A stretch of 59,761 nt of DNA, filler included, from Sphacelaria rigidula (lineage: Eukaryota): assembly GCA_964200075.2 (NCBI GenBank). It is 8 parts of 8 records of this genome, joined end to end, with 100 filler letters (N's around TTAATTAATTAA, not from the genome) between each part and the next. Parts side by side here need not be neighbours in the genome. Positions count along the whole stretch, not along the records: positions 37,416 to 44,797 come from CAXNAA020015172.1; positions 44,898 to 52,279 come from CAXNAA020015173.1; 6 more parts are not named here. One strand, written 5' to 3'. The notes under the pieces were generated by a model. It was not told where the DNA came from. It worked only from the letters and a program-made list of their open reading frames with translations, and did not search any database. Shown here in pieces: positions 39,401 to 50,109 of the stretch (positions are counted from its first letter, which is position 1; each line of letters opens with the position of its first letter). A program made the position numbers and the translations under genes.

Positions 39401-40950
39401 ACAAAATGGCATGCTGTGTCCAAAAAGATGCCTTGTAGGCATGCCACGTGCATGCACCAACCTATCGCCGCACATACATACACATATATACAGTATATCA
39501 AGTGCGGGAAGCAAGAAACACATGTACAGTAACACACACACGCCCAAATCGATAACTGGTACAGGAGAAGGTACATGTGCAGGATAAGAAAAGGTATACC
39601 TAATATGAGTGTGGCCAGACAAAACGCCGCTGTCGCAGAAACATTCGAAGATAGTTACGGAAACCCGCTTTTTGCTGCCAGCGTAGCTTTTTTTAGGGTA
39701 AATATCAAGCAAACTAGACAGTTTCGGGTACCGTTTTTTTCTTCACACGGCACCAGAAAAATTCATCACTTCATGCCGAGGAGCGAAGAAGGTATCTCCA
39801 AGACGACCTAGTTGGCTAGATACACAGTCACAAAAGTTACGCTGACGGAGACAAAATAATGGACTTTCGAACCTGTGTATAATATCACCACGCCATACGG
39901 ATGGCCATCTTAGCAGCTGCATGCTCTTCCAGACGTATTTGCCCCCTGCACCTACAGCAGTGGATGGTAAGAGATATCGCCACCTCTTGGGCAGATTTGT
40001 GCTACTGTCAGTCACCCAGAGGTCGGATTGTGACTCCTGGGCATACATGACAGCATGTTTTTATGGGAAACGTTTTCGAACTTTTACATTCCAGCACGGT
40101 TAGGACGAATCATCACGGGTTCTAACAACCAAATCCACGATCTCTTCGGCCCAATTGCCCAAAAGGGAGAAAAATGTTGACCGCTGGTCCAAGGGGTATC
40201 CACGCAACTTTTGCGCCATTCCACGTGTCTGCGCTGCGTGTACCTGGGTTGCAACGCTGAAAACAAAACCTAGCGATTGATTCGTACGATTCGAATCATT
40301 TCCACTAAAAACCAAGTAATTTCCAGACGAATCATTGATTTATTCGAGCCTTGCATTCCAGCCACTTGCTTCCGCATCATCAATCATCACGTACTCCAAC
40401 GAACCAGACGAACCAGCGATCGGTTTCAGATTCCTGAACACAGCCTGCTTGTAACTTCAAAGTTTTTCTTCAGTTTCGAACCTAGTCTACTGCCGTCCCC
40501 CCCCCCCCCCCGCGCCTCTCGTCATATCCTTGCCCAGCACTGCCATGGGGAAACGCATACGAGACAATCCCCTGTTCGATCAATCATTTATCCTCACCCT
40601 CGACAACAAAATCCACCACTGGAATAACCGCGGGCATCTCCTCCCTCTCTCCCTCTCTCCTTGCTCGTAACGGACAGAAAATAACTCCTGTACTGAAATG
40701 CACTGAGGGTGAGGTGAGTTCCCCCCACATCAAGTCTATCAACAATACTCTTACAATTGACTGACAAATCTCACAACGAAGGGAACGCCGTCATGTGCAT
40801 CACGGAAAACATGAATGAAAAAAACAAGCAAACGAGGTCAAACGACGAACACACACACAGAGACACAAAGACAGAGAGACAGAAAGCGGCCGAGCACAAG
40901 AAAACAAAACAACAAGTTACACACACTTTGCTCGCAAACAGACGCATGTG

Positions 40951-41176
40951 CAGGGTTGTTCTGTAGGGCATACCCGCAAGTAGGGCATGTTTGCTTGGCA
41001 TGCTGAACCATACCGGGATGCGTATCGAACATTCCGGTTTGGTTCTGCCGGGTATCGAGCCCTGACCCGAACACCCTGATAGGGCCCGGAAGGGTATTGA
41101 CCGATGAAATTCCTCTCTTCTATACTACTGCAAATACCCGTATTTCAGCCCGTGTAACCTACGGGATACAACCTTG
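40951..41176. mobile_element. Shorter, older relative of the 30250-30804 element
   Basis: CAGGGTTGTTCTGTAGG ... CCTACGGGATACAACCTTG; no TSD is recognisable. Confidence 0.5.
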
Positions 41177-42233
41177 GATTTATTTTCATCCAGAGCTTCT
41201 TCGGCGCGGTGAAAAAGAGCAGCAACTGCCACAACGTAAGGAAAAAAACAGTGTATGTCACGCGCGCGACAGCACAAGTATCGTTGCCAAGTCGATGTGG
41301 ACGCGGAAAGAAAAAAAACACACCAGGGTATGAAACACAAAGCAACAAGGAAGCAAAATGTCAAAGGTGAGTGCACGGGAGACGCACACCCCCTTCCGCA
41401 TGCACGGCCACATCAGCGCACTCTCTGACACAAAAATATTAAATAAATAATCACTGACGCACCACCCTGAAGCCGAGGTAGCCGTACAGTAGCTGACTCG
41501 TCGAAAAGTAAAAAAGAAAAGAAAGCCAAGCACATTCAAAAGAAGCGCTGTGAATATAAATACTCTTGGAGCTGCTAATACCATACGAATACGCAAGACA
41601 CACCATGTATTGGGCAGTATGAACACTTGCATACACACGTGAAACAGGAAGAGACAAACACGCCACATAAAATGTTCCGAAAAGGACATGAGCGAGAGGC
41701 ATTCGCACCGGTTATCGATGAATCTTCCAATACCCCAGGAAACCGGGACAGGATGGTGCGATATATCAATGTTACAGAGCCGTCCATGCTCACGGGGGCT
41801 CTCCGCGTATCATCTGGGTCGCAGCCTAATCCTTACTATACAAAATGACAGGGAATACGCCCAGCTTTGCAGTACATTCGGAGACAGGATTACGACGTTA
41901 CGACCTCAACCTATAGCACGAGGAATCGGAGACACGCCTTGTACGGCGGCATACGTGGCCATGTACCGTATGCGCATAACAGCAGCCGTACGTTGCATAT
42001 GTGCAACTTTGAAGCATAAATCTCATTTATCAAACAGGAAGAATCTCACGACTAACCACAGAAGACAAAAATATTGAAAAGAAGGAGAAGAAAAAAAAAA
42101 GGTGACAGGTCAGGAGGGAGATCACTCGAAACATTTGACCACCTGCAACTCGACAGCTGTGGTCGGCAGCCATTCATCCAGTGAAAAAGATTCCGATTCC
42201 ACAGCGGGGACACAAGAGGGGGCTTCACAAGGC

Positions 42234-42363
42234 TCAAGATGGGAGGAAGATCTCCATGGGGGTCACGACCGCCTCGATGTCCCGGATGTCGGTCCTCGTG
42301 AACTTGAACTTGACGATTTGTGCGCTTTTTCTTCGGAGCCGTTGGTTAACGCTCTCCTTAAAC
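42234..42363 (-). CDS. Putative terminal coding exon of an unknown protein
   Basis: The pyrimidine-rich acceptor tttcttgttctctcatggtacgcgtAG| is followed by xFKESVNQRLRRKSAQIVKFKFTRTDIRDIEAVVTPMEIFLPS-TGA with GC3-rich codons. Confidence 0.55.
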
Positions 42364-42594
42364 CTACGCGTACCATGAGAGAACAAGAAATACAGGAGCG
42401 GAGCGCGGGGGGGCGGGGGGTCAGCAACTAATCGGTTGGTACATATGTTGGTGTGTACCGTCCCATGAGCGGTGGTACTCAGTATCGTCCGTCACAGCCA
42501 CCGCGCTCCCCGTGGTTTAGCTTGTACTTAAAACCGGTCGGGCAGGCGTAGGGAGCTCGATCGCCAGTAGATGAGCTACAATATAATTTATTCA

Positions 42595-42900
42595 AAGAGA
42601 ATGCCTGACTTCAATCGTTGAGAACGGGAAGGCACCAATAGCGAAGAGTCGCTCTACGATAGTTCCCCCCCGCTCCAAAAACCAGCCTAAAATTGTCAGG
42701 AAATAAATGGTCATACAGCGCCTGATGTCTGGTTTCAGGCTGTATGAAGCGCCACATACGGGCGACATCGGCGAAAACGAACCCAAGCGTGGGAATTTCC
42801 AGCTGCTCGTTATGCTTGGCTTCTTTCATTTCGATTCACGTATAGATTTGCCTACGCATACCAGTCATTTGGGGGCTATCGTAGGAAGACCCGAAATATG
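42595..42900 (+). repeat. ~300 bp interspersed repeat; inverted copy at 49145-49445
   Basis: Shares ccaagcgtgggaatt.ccagctgct...catttcgatt.acgt. Confidence 0.75.
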
Positions 42901-43279
42901 AAGTGACCAGAGGAAATGTGATGCGGAAATGTACTGATCCAATCAGCGATTCGGTAAAGATGTCGGGCATGCATCGCACCGGGGGAGATATGAACCGCGG
43001 CCTTGATCCTCAGGAGTCGTCCCGAGGAACGGGAAGGGTTAAAAAGTACCGACGGAAGGGGGGGGGGGGAAAGTCAACCGGGACCGAAGTTAAAATCACC
43101 CACCCGTATTTCTTCCGGACCACAGCCGAGGCCTCGTTTCACGAACCGAAGAATAGCGTTGACGATACAACTTATGAAATATATGTTGCCTACACAACAT
43201 GTCGACGGATCTATAATATATATTTTGAATGAACAAGATAAGGCACAGAAGGATAGTTGATACGAGGTACCTGCCTTTA

Positions 43280-43660
43280 TCTTTTTATCGCGAGAGGGGT
43301 CCAGCAGTCGCTTTCACTTGCCTACCGTCAAGTCGAAATTTGTGTACCCATGACATATCGTAGTCGCTCTCCACCGTTGGGCATTGTGTGAGAAAAAATT
43401 CCAGATCGCTCCGAGATTTGAACCCACGACCCAACCGTCAGGGGGTTTCACACTTCGGGGAGTATATCGTCAATAGCTGCAAAAGCCAAGAAACGTACTG
43501 CATGGAGTATAGGCCTATTGCGACTATTGTCGACCGGCAATAGTCGCAATAGGCCTATACTTCATGCAGTACACTTCTTGTCTATTGCACCTATTGACCA
43601 TATATTGTCCAAGGTGTGGAAAGTTTCGAGGTTATCAACTGAGCCACCGGGGCGACCGGT
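43280..43660 (-). mobile_element. tRNA-derived SINE copy interrupted by a MITE
   Basis: Same body and head as 31855-32227, with the A and B boxes separated by an insert. Confidence 0.75.
43449..43618. mobile_element. 170 bp almost fully palindromic MITE with a degenerate 8-bp TSD
   Basis: CACAC...GTGTG ends and ~84 bp arms. The flanks GGGGGTTT and GAAAGTTT correspond to a single gaaaggttt-like site in the intact SINE. Confidence 0.85.
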
Positions 43661-44263
43661 ACACACTTGACACACCTGCGGGGGGAAATCGTAGAGAAAT
43701 CTACCATGGTATATATATAGAATATTTCGAACTCACGAGCGTCAAGCATACTTTGTAACGAGGCGTCCACGAGACTTTTTGCTGATTTTAGTGTGCAAGT
43801 TCCGCCGCACCCGCCCCGGGAGATGACTGCTCGGGCCAATGCCAATGCCAGGGGCACGGTTAGCGGGTTTGTGCTTTACTTCGTGCGGGGGTACACATGC
43901 GTTCGCGACCGTTCGAACGGACGCGCGATCGCGGTGGTCGTGCAATGTTTCCGGCGGGCATGAACATTCGAGATAGGATATATTCTCACGAGGGCTTGGC
44001 AAGGCAAGAATACCGAGACCCCCGAAAAAGACAGACGGGACCGGGGCGCAGCCCCGGGTCCCGTGCGGCTTGTATATTCTAAAATGAGTCACAGCCCATA
44101 AGCATCTCCGCACGTCGGACAGCCCATGAGCTACCTAAATATTACTTTTTGGTAATGTATTGATCTGGATAATGAGCTGACTCTGCGGCCCCGTTTTTTC
44201 CCCCCCGTAATTACTCCCTACAACGCTGAATGCTGAGCACGCGCAGGAGCGCCCAGGTAGCAC

Positions 44264-44357
44264 CTTGGCTTTCCGGACCCCGCTGTTACGTATTGTGTGT
44301 TGTTGGACATCGTATCTGAGGGTTCCCTTTGCTTAGTTTCGTAAGGTAGTTCATGAC
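44264..44357 (-). CDS. Possible penultimate exon, phase-compatible with 42234-42363
   Basis: cag|GT CAT GAA...AAG CCA AG|GTGCTA encodes GHELPYETKQREPSDTMSNNTQYVTAGSGKPR. The phase-2 donor fits the downstream exon. Confidence 0.3.
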
Positions 44358-45138
44358 CTGTCCAACGCGTGAAACGCTTCAACAGAAAAAGCAAACGCTG
44401 CACACCTGCTTTTGTGAACTCTGCACTTCTTGGGGGCTTGGAAGCTTCTGAAACACATCTACCGCAGCCACACCAGCGTCGTCCGTGCCAAACAGCGCGG
44501 CGAGAGGTATGTGCGGTGGTCTACTCTAACGTAAAACCGGAAATCAGGTTCGAAACGATCACCTCAGCGTGATGGCGCGAAAGACTCCCCCCCGAAAAAG
44601 GAAGAAACGTAATGAACACGGGAATGTTGAGGGTGTCTCTATAAGGAGTAGGAACGGTGCTCCGCCTCGGAAGGGATGCGTGGTGAATGGTCACACGACT
44701 AGGGCAAGCAACGAATAAGTACGCCCCCCCCCCCCCCCAGCTCGAGCCTCCGCACATCCAGCCGGCGACGCCACCAAAAATGCTATTGTCTACGGGGNNN
44801 NNNNNNNNNNNNNNNNNNNNNNNNNNNNNNNNNNNNNNNNNTTAATTAATTAANNNNNNNNNNNNNNNNNNNNNNNNNNNNNNNNNNNNNNNNNNNNTTG
44901 TCTAGTTACGTCGGCATTACAGGGTCCTCGGTGATCTGGTCTTCCCGGAACGTGCCTACCTTGTCCCTGCTTGCACTGGATCTGTATATATGTGTGACAT
45001 CAGTCTCTGATGTGTCACTGCAAAGAGATGTCTCCCATAATACTATATATAATAAACAATATATTTAGATATGATATAATCATATATATATGAATATATA
45101 TCAAGGGGCAATATATACTATATTATATAATTATATAT

Positions 45139-46786
45139 TGATACAAGGTTCCTCTTCGGGAGGTTGGTGCGGGCCTCCCAGGGGTGACGCAAGTCGAAAA
45201 TATATATTTTGTCAAGTTTTTCACGATCTTGAAAAGTTGTGATTTGGCATTTACCACACCGCGAAAAAAAGTCAGTTTGACCAACTTTCGGTGGCCAGAA
45301 CACGCGCCACAGGTATCAGATGGCTCCCAAACCCGAACGGTAATGTACCGCTGAGACTTCTCGGTGCGCTGCAATAGGACGTGTGGGCAAAAATGCCTTG
45401 CCGCCAGAGAAACCTCGGCAAAAGCGGTGAAATGATACATGTACATAATATACATTGCCCGTTGAAGCACTAACAGCACTTGCACGACCGTGCCTCCTGA
45501 AGTGAGTACCTCTACAGGCAGTACCAAGATAGGTACCGCGGAAGATGACATCATCCAGAGTGTACCCAATACGGATCGATGCTTGTTTGCCGGGGCAGGA
45601 GCCACCCAGCAGGTAATGATGTGTGGAAGTGAGCGCATCTGCGTGTCCACATATGCATTCACTGACGTCTCACACAGTCTGGGCCGAGGGGACTCCGTTT
45701 TGAGGGCGTATCGACGGCGTTGCCCAGAGTCCGTATTCGCTCCGTGCGTCTGGCGCACTACGGAAACGTACCGCCCATCCGGGAATATGCTGTCTGTGTT
45801 GTGGTCTATCTCTGTGCCAATATTCAGGCTGGTTCGTTCAGACACGACGGAGAAGTCCATAAGCAAAGTAACGCTTGACTTGTACTGAAAATAGAGTACT
45901 GAGCCGTCGAAAGATACATGAGGTGCGTACTCGTATGACTCTCCCTGTCATCCCTGTTACAAGGACAAACCTCTCTGTAATGCGTGAGAGGACCACGTGC
46001 TTAGAGGACCGCGCCGTAGTTCAAACCATCTCAGGATCGACGTTTTTCAAAACCAATCGGGCCAGTCCCTGCAGGTACTACGCCCCTGACCATTCCCCGA
46101 CACGAACCCTAACCCTGACCCTAACCCTAACCATAAGGATATTCAAATTCCGATGTGGTCATCTATGCACGTGGTCCTCTCACGGATTACACTGTCAACT
46201 CTGCCACAAAGATATCCCTGCGCCTGTATTCCACAGATGCATCCTACGGGTGGCATGATCACAGGGATTTCGGCACCCCGCTTTGCTGGTTTTACACAGT
46301 TAACCCACAGTGGGGACGTTTGCCTACGTGTGTGCCTTGTTCAACTCGTCAAAGGCTCACCGCATGGTCTGGTGTTTGCTGCTGACTAAGGGCTAGGCAA
46401 TGTTCAATTGTTTTCAACTGCACTGCTCTCTTGTTCTCGTGGCGGCATAGTGAGCGGTGTAATCGTGCTCCCAAATGAACGAGAACTTGACGAAGAGAAA
46501 CACGGGGGGGAAATACCCCGCCAACCATCATCCTGCCGCTCGAAGTGTTTCATGAACTTGGGAAGGCTTTTGTGGCCCGAGATCGACACCCCGCGAAAAA
46601 GAGCCAGTGCGGGCGACTTTCGATGGCCAGAACATGCGCCACAGGTATCAGATGACACCCAAATCTGAACGGTAATGCTCCGCTGCGCCTTCTCCGTGCA
46701 CTGCAAAAGAAAGCGCGTGATGAGATGCCTTGCCGCCAGAGAAACCTCGGCAAAAGTGGTGAAAAAAGTGAAATGATACATGTACA
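45139..46786 (-). mobile_element. Second copy of the (TA)n-flanked 1.4 kb element, carrying a nested MITE
   Basis: Colinear with 3123-4554 apart from the 45976-46191 insert. TA-rich tracts lie on both sides. Confidence 0.85.
45976..46191. mobile_element. 216 bp MITE with TGT...ACA termini, ~35 bp TIR and 5-bp TSD
   Basis: CTCTC|TGTAATGCGTGAGAGGACCACGTGC...GCACGTGGTCCTCTCACGGATTACA|CTGTC. The empty site in the other copy has a single CTGTC. Confidence 0.9.
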
Positions 46787-46849
46787 TATATATATATGTT
46801 ATATAGTATATGCTATATATTATAATATATATTGTATGAATATATATAA

Positions 46850-47047
46850 TATACAAAGGAGCAGAGGTAGACATACACCCCGCAAAGCCCGCCAAAAGTT
46901 TCGGATTTTGTCAATGTTCGTTGATCAATTTTTTGCAACAAAGTTAACAGAATATATGTATAAAAATAAGGGTAATTTTCATTGTCGAAAAAATGCTCTC
47001 CGGCATCTGAGGTCATCGGGATAGAACGGGCAAGGAGCAGAAGCAGA
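46850..47047 (+). repeat. ~200 bp (TA)n-associated repeat; copies at 49458-49659 and a partial at 1003-1047
   Basis: aaaggagcaga..catacaccccgcaaagccc ... cggcatctgaggtcatcggga.agaacgggcaaggagcagaagca. Confidence 0.85.
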
Positions 47048-47499
47048 TATATATATATATATATATATATTTACATATGCGAACCCCACGAAGCTCACCG
47101 GACTTTCCGGTTTTTGTCAGCGTTTCTTGATCAATTTCTCGTAACGAAATCAACAGGAAAAATCAAAACAGTGTTTATTGGTCTATTCCTTGCGACAAAC
47201 TTGACAAAAAAAATGCAAAACATCATGACAATTTACGAGAAGAGACCCTCCAGGAGGGGAAGGGGGGGGGGCTACGTGTCCGAAAAGTTTCTCCGCGCTG
47301 CCCCCTGAATTGACCGCTTTTTACTCCCAATTGTACCCTTTACTCTCAATCTCACGAAAACGTTGTTCATTGCGTGATTTTTTCAACATAGTTCCAACAG
47401 CGTTTTGTTCCCTCCTATTTGTAGACAACGGGACACAAAAACAGTACAGCACTTGAGGCTATCCTCAAGGCAGATCAAACCGCCTTCACATACTGCACC

Positions 47500-49140
47500 A
47501 CACCTCACGACTGTGCAGTGACACGCGCATCATATCAAGAAGCCGTCAACACGTGCAGCAAGATATCACTCCGTCTACATGATCAAGAATGCGGTACAAC
47601 AAAAGTAGAAATGCCTCCTACCTGTGGAGTGCATGATGTCCACGTGAAACGCGGTCAGCAGACACAATCATCGATGCCGTGTCTTACCCGTGTAGAATCA
47701 TTTACATCTCGCGCTTGCGTCACCTGCCGGAAAATAACACGTAATATCGTGGCAGGTGCAGACGGTACCATGTATGTTGCTCGTTGATCCTTTCCAATGT
47801 AGGCGTCGATTTTGACAAAAAACGTTTTGGACCGGCTGGGTCTCATAAAATTCATCAGAATTTGCTCCGATCTAAAATCAAGTACTCATGCTGTCGATCA
47901 TAGACAAACGCCCAAAGCTGTAGGTCTGCTGGAGGGGTGGGGGGGATGCTCAAGATATCGGCCACCCACGTACATTTTATCCAGTGCGACGTCTCGCTCA
48001 TCTACACACATCACTTATCGACTAATATCCGTCCGCAATCAGAGGAACTAGAGGAATTTGTGACAGGCGGGTTTGATCAAAGACCGTCACGTAGCCCGCA
48101 GTCTCGTGATCATTCGCATTTCGTGCTCATTGCACTACCGGCGGCGAGCCAACACAAAATAATATCGTGCAGATAGATGCTCGTGGGTTTGTCAAACAAA
48201 CCACTAGACACACAGCAGGGACAACATCATTTGCTCTACCCTCCGTGCTGTGCAAGATGGGAGATTTTGACTCGTCAATAAAGAAAGTCAGCGCTTGAAC
48301 AGCAGCACTATTCAACTTTTGTTTGACTGTGAGTTCCCTTCATCTGTGGGATATATGCCTATCCAAAGTATTACACGAAACGACTCACTCACCACCTGTG
48401 TGGAGGATGTTCCGCTGAGGGGTACTGTGTGGCGAGTAATGAGTGATGGACGAGGGGCCAACATCTGGGTGAAACTTAGCTTGTTGGAAAATGACACGTG
48501 GAACTCAACGTAGGCTCCAACCTAGGTCCCTACCGCCCAGTCCCGACTCGTCCAGCCGTTCGTCACAGCTGCAACAGAAATATACGACGAACGGCTCAAT
48601 TGCCGGGATAAAGGGTGTTCATGGACGGGTCCCAAATCTGGATTTTTTTCGGTAAATCTGCAGGCTCCTACCCATTGATTGATTGCGTGATGATCCATAC
48701 CACAAGATTGCTGGGGTTCCAAAGATGCCCTGGAAGCAGTTAGGACGCAACTGCACAAATGTAAATGTACACGCTGGAGGATACTGCACGGCTATGTCCA
48801 CTGGAGTCGCAACAAATGCCTTGAAGGCCACAGTTGGCCCCTCCTCCAGAGAATTGATGTTTATATTTCTCACTGATGCTCATATTTCCCTCCAAGGAAC
48901 GTTCACGAAAACCATGTGCTCCAGAGCACCATATATTTGGTGCTCTGGAGGGATGCAGACCTCAGCAGTCACTGGAGTATCAGTTGCCCTCCAGACGATT
49001 CGTTTTATGCCCGGAGCTGAGTACGAAATACCCTGTAAAGGATATTTCTATCCTCGGGAGGGCGACTTTGCCCTCGAGAGGATAAAAATCGCGATCGAGG
49101 ACTTTAAGGGGGTAGCCGAATGGCCGCGTGTGTATGCTAT
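47500..49140 (+). pseudogene. Ancient Ty3/Gypsy RT-RNase H relic
   Basis: Remnants in Gypsy order: GYMPIQ...WRVMSDG (resembling WRVMPFG), DPYHKIAGVPKMP, NALKATVGP, FIFLTDA (resembling LxTDAS), RFMPGAEYEI. Confidence 0.45.
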
Positions 49141-50016
49141 ATAATATGTATGCTCCTTACAATACATATATTATGACACTTTCTACGATAGCCCCCCCAA
49201 AAAAACAGTGCATGGCTTTGAGAGGCAAAATCTTCACGTAAATCGAAATGGGAAAAGCTGAGCACAAGAAGCAGCTGGGAATTCCCACGCTTGGATTCGT
49301 TTTTGCCAATGTTGCCAATATGAGGCGCTTCATGCAGCCTAAACCCAAACACCAAGCGCTGTATAGCCATTTCTTTCGTGACACTTTTGGGTTGGTTTTG
49401 GGTGTACTCAGGGCTGGTTTTGGGAGGGATATCGTACAAAGGGTCTTATATATATAAATATAGAAAGGAGCAGAATCTAACATACACCCCGCAAAGCCCA
49501 CCAGACGCTTCGTGTTTTGTCAATGATCATTGATAAAATAATTTCTTGCAACAAAGTTAAAAGACAAATATAAAAAATAATCCGGTTATTTTGAATTTTC
49601 GAAAAAATGCACTACGGCATCTGAGGTCATCGGGACAGAACGGGCAAGGAGCAGAAGCAGTACACGCGATCATTCGGCTACCTTGTAGGGGAATTTCGAA
49701 ACGTAATCCTCGGTTCCGTCCGTTTTGAAATCCCCCCTGGAGGATCTTGGGTTTTCGTGATCCTCTAGAGGATTTTCTGTGGCGGTATAGGCAAATATAC
49801 CGCAAGCAGCAGAACCGTATACGCCGAACGCAAGCAAGCCACACTCTTGAGAGGTGTCAGCAAGCGATCCTGGTTCGACTTGCTACACTCAAACTGTTGT
49901 TTCAATCTCTCAATCCAATAGCCCGGCTGTCAAAGGGGAAAACCACACAGTCCCAAAGCCAGAAAACAAGTAATAATTGTGGATCAGGGTAGAAGTACAG
50001 CACAGCTTAGACTCAC

Positions 50017-50109
50017 GTCAATGCTGTGGCTCGCGGCCGTGGAGGTGAAGAGACCGAGGATGGTAGGTGATGGGGAAAAGCTCCTCTTTATCCAATAGGT
50101 GCTTGTAGC
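50017..50109 (-). CDS. Isolated putative 93-nt exon
   Basis: cgcAG| acceptor and |GTGAGT donor. Open in phase 0 (ATSTYWIKRSFSPSPTILGLFTSTAASHSID). Confidence 0.3.

Noticed and set aside
45123..45866. 247-aa ORF
   Set aside because: The frame is not preserved in the homologous copy and it has no recognisable domain.
3123..46786. Giant inverted repeat bounding a 43 kb element (Maverick or virus-like)
   Set aside because: The copies lie in different artificially joined segments and are diverged, and no viral or polB genes lie between them.
46850..49659. LTR pair around the Gypsy relic
   Set aside because: The repeats lack TG...CA ends, PBS and PPT, are TA-flanked, occur elsewhere (1003), and look much younger than the relic.
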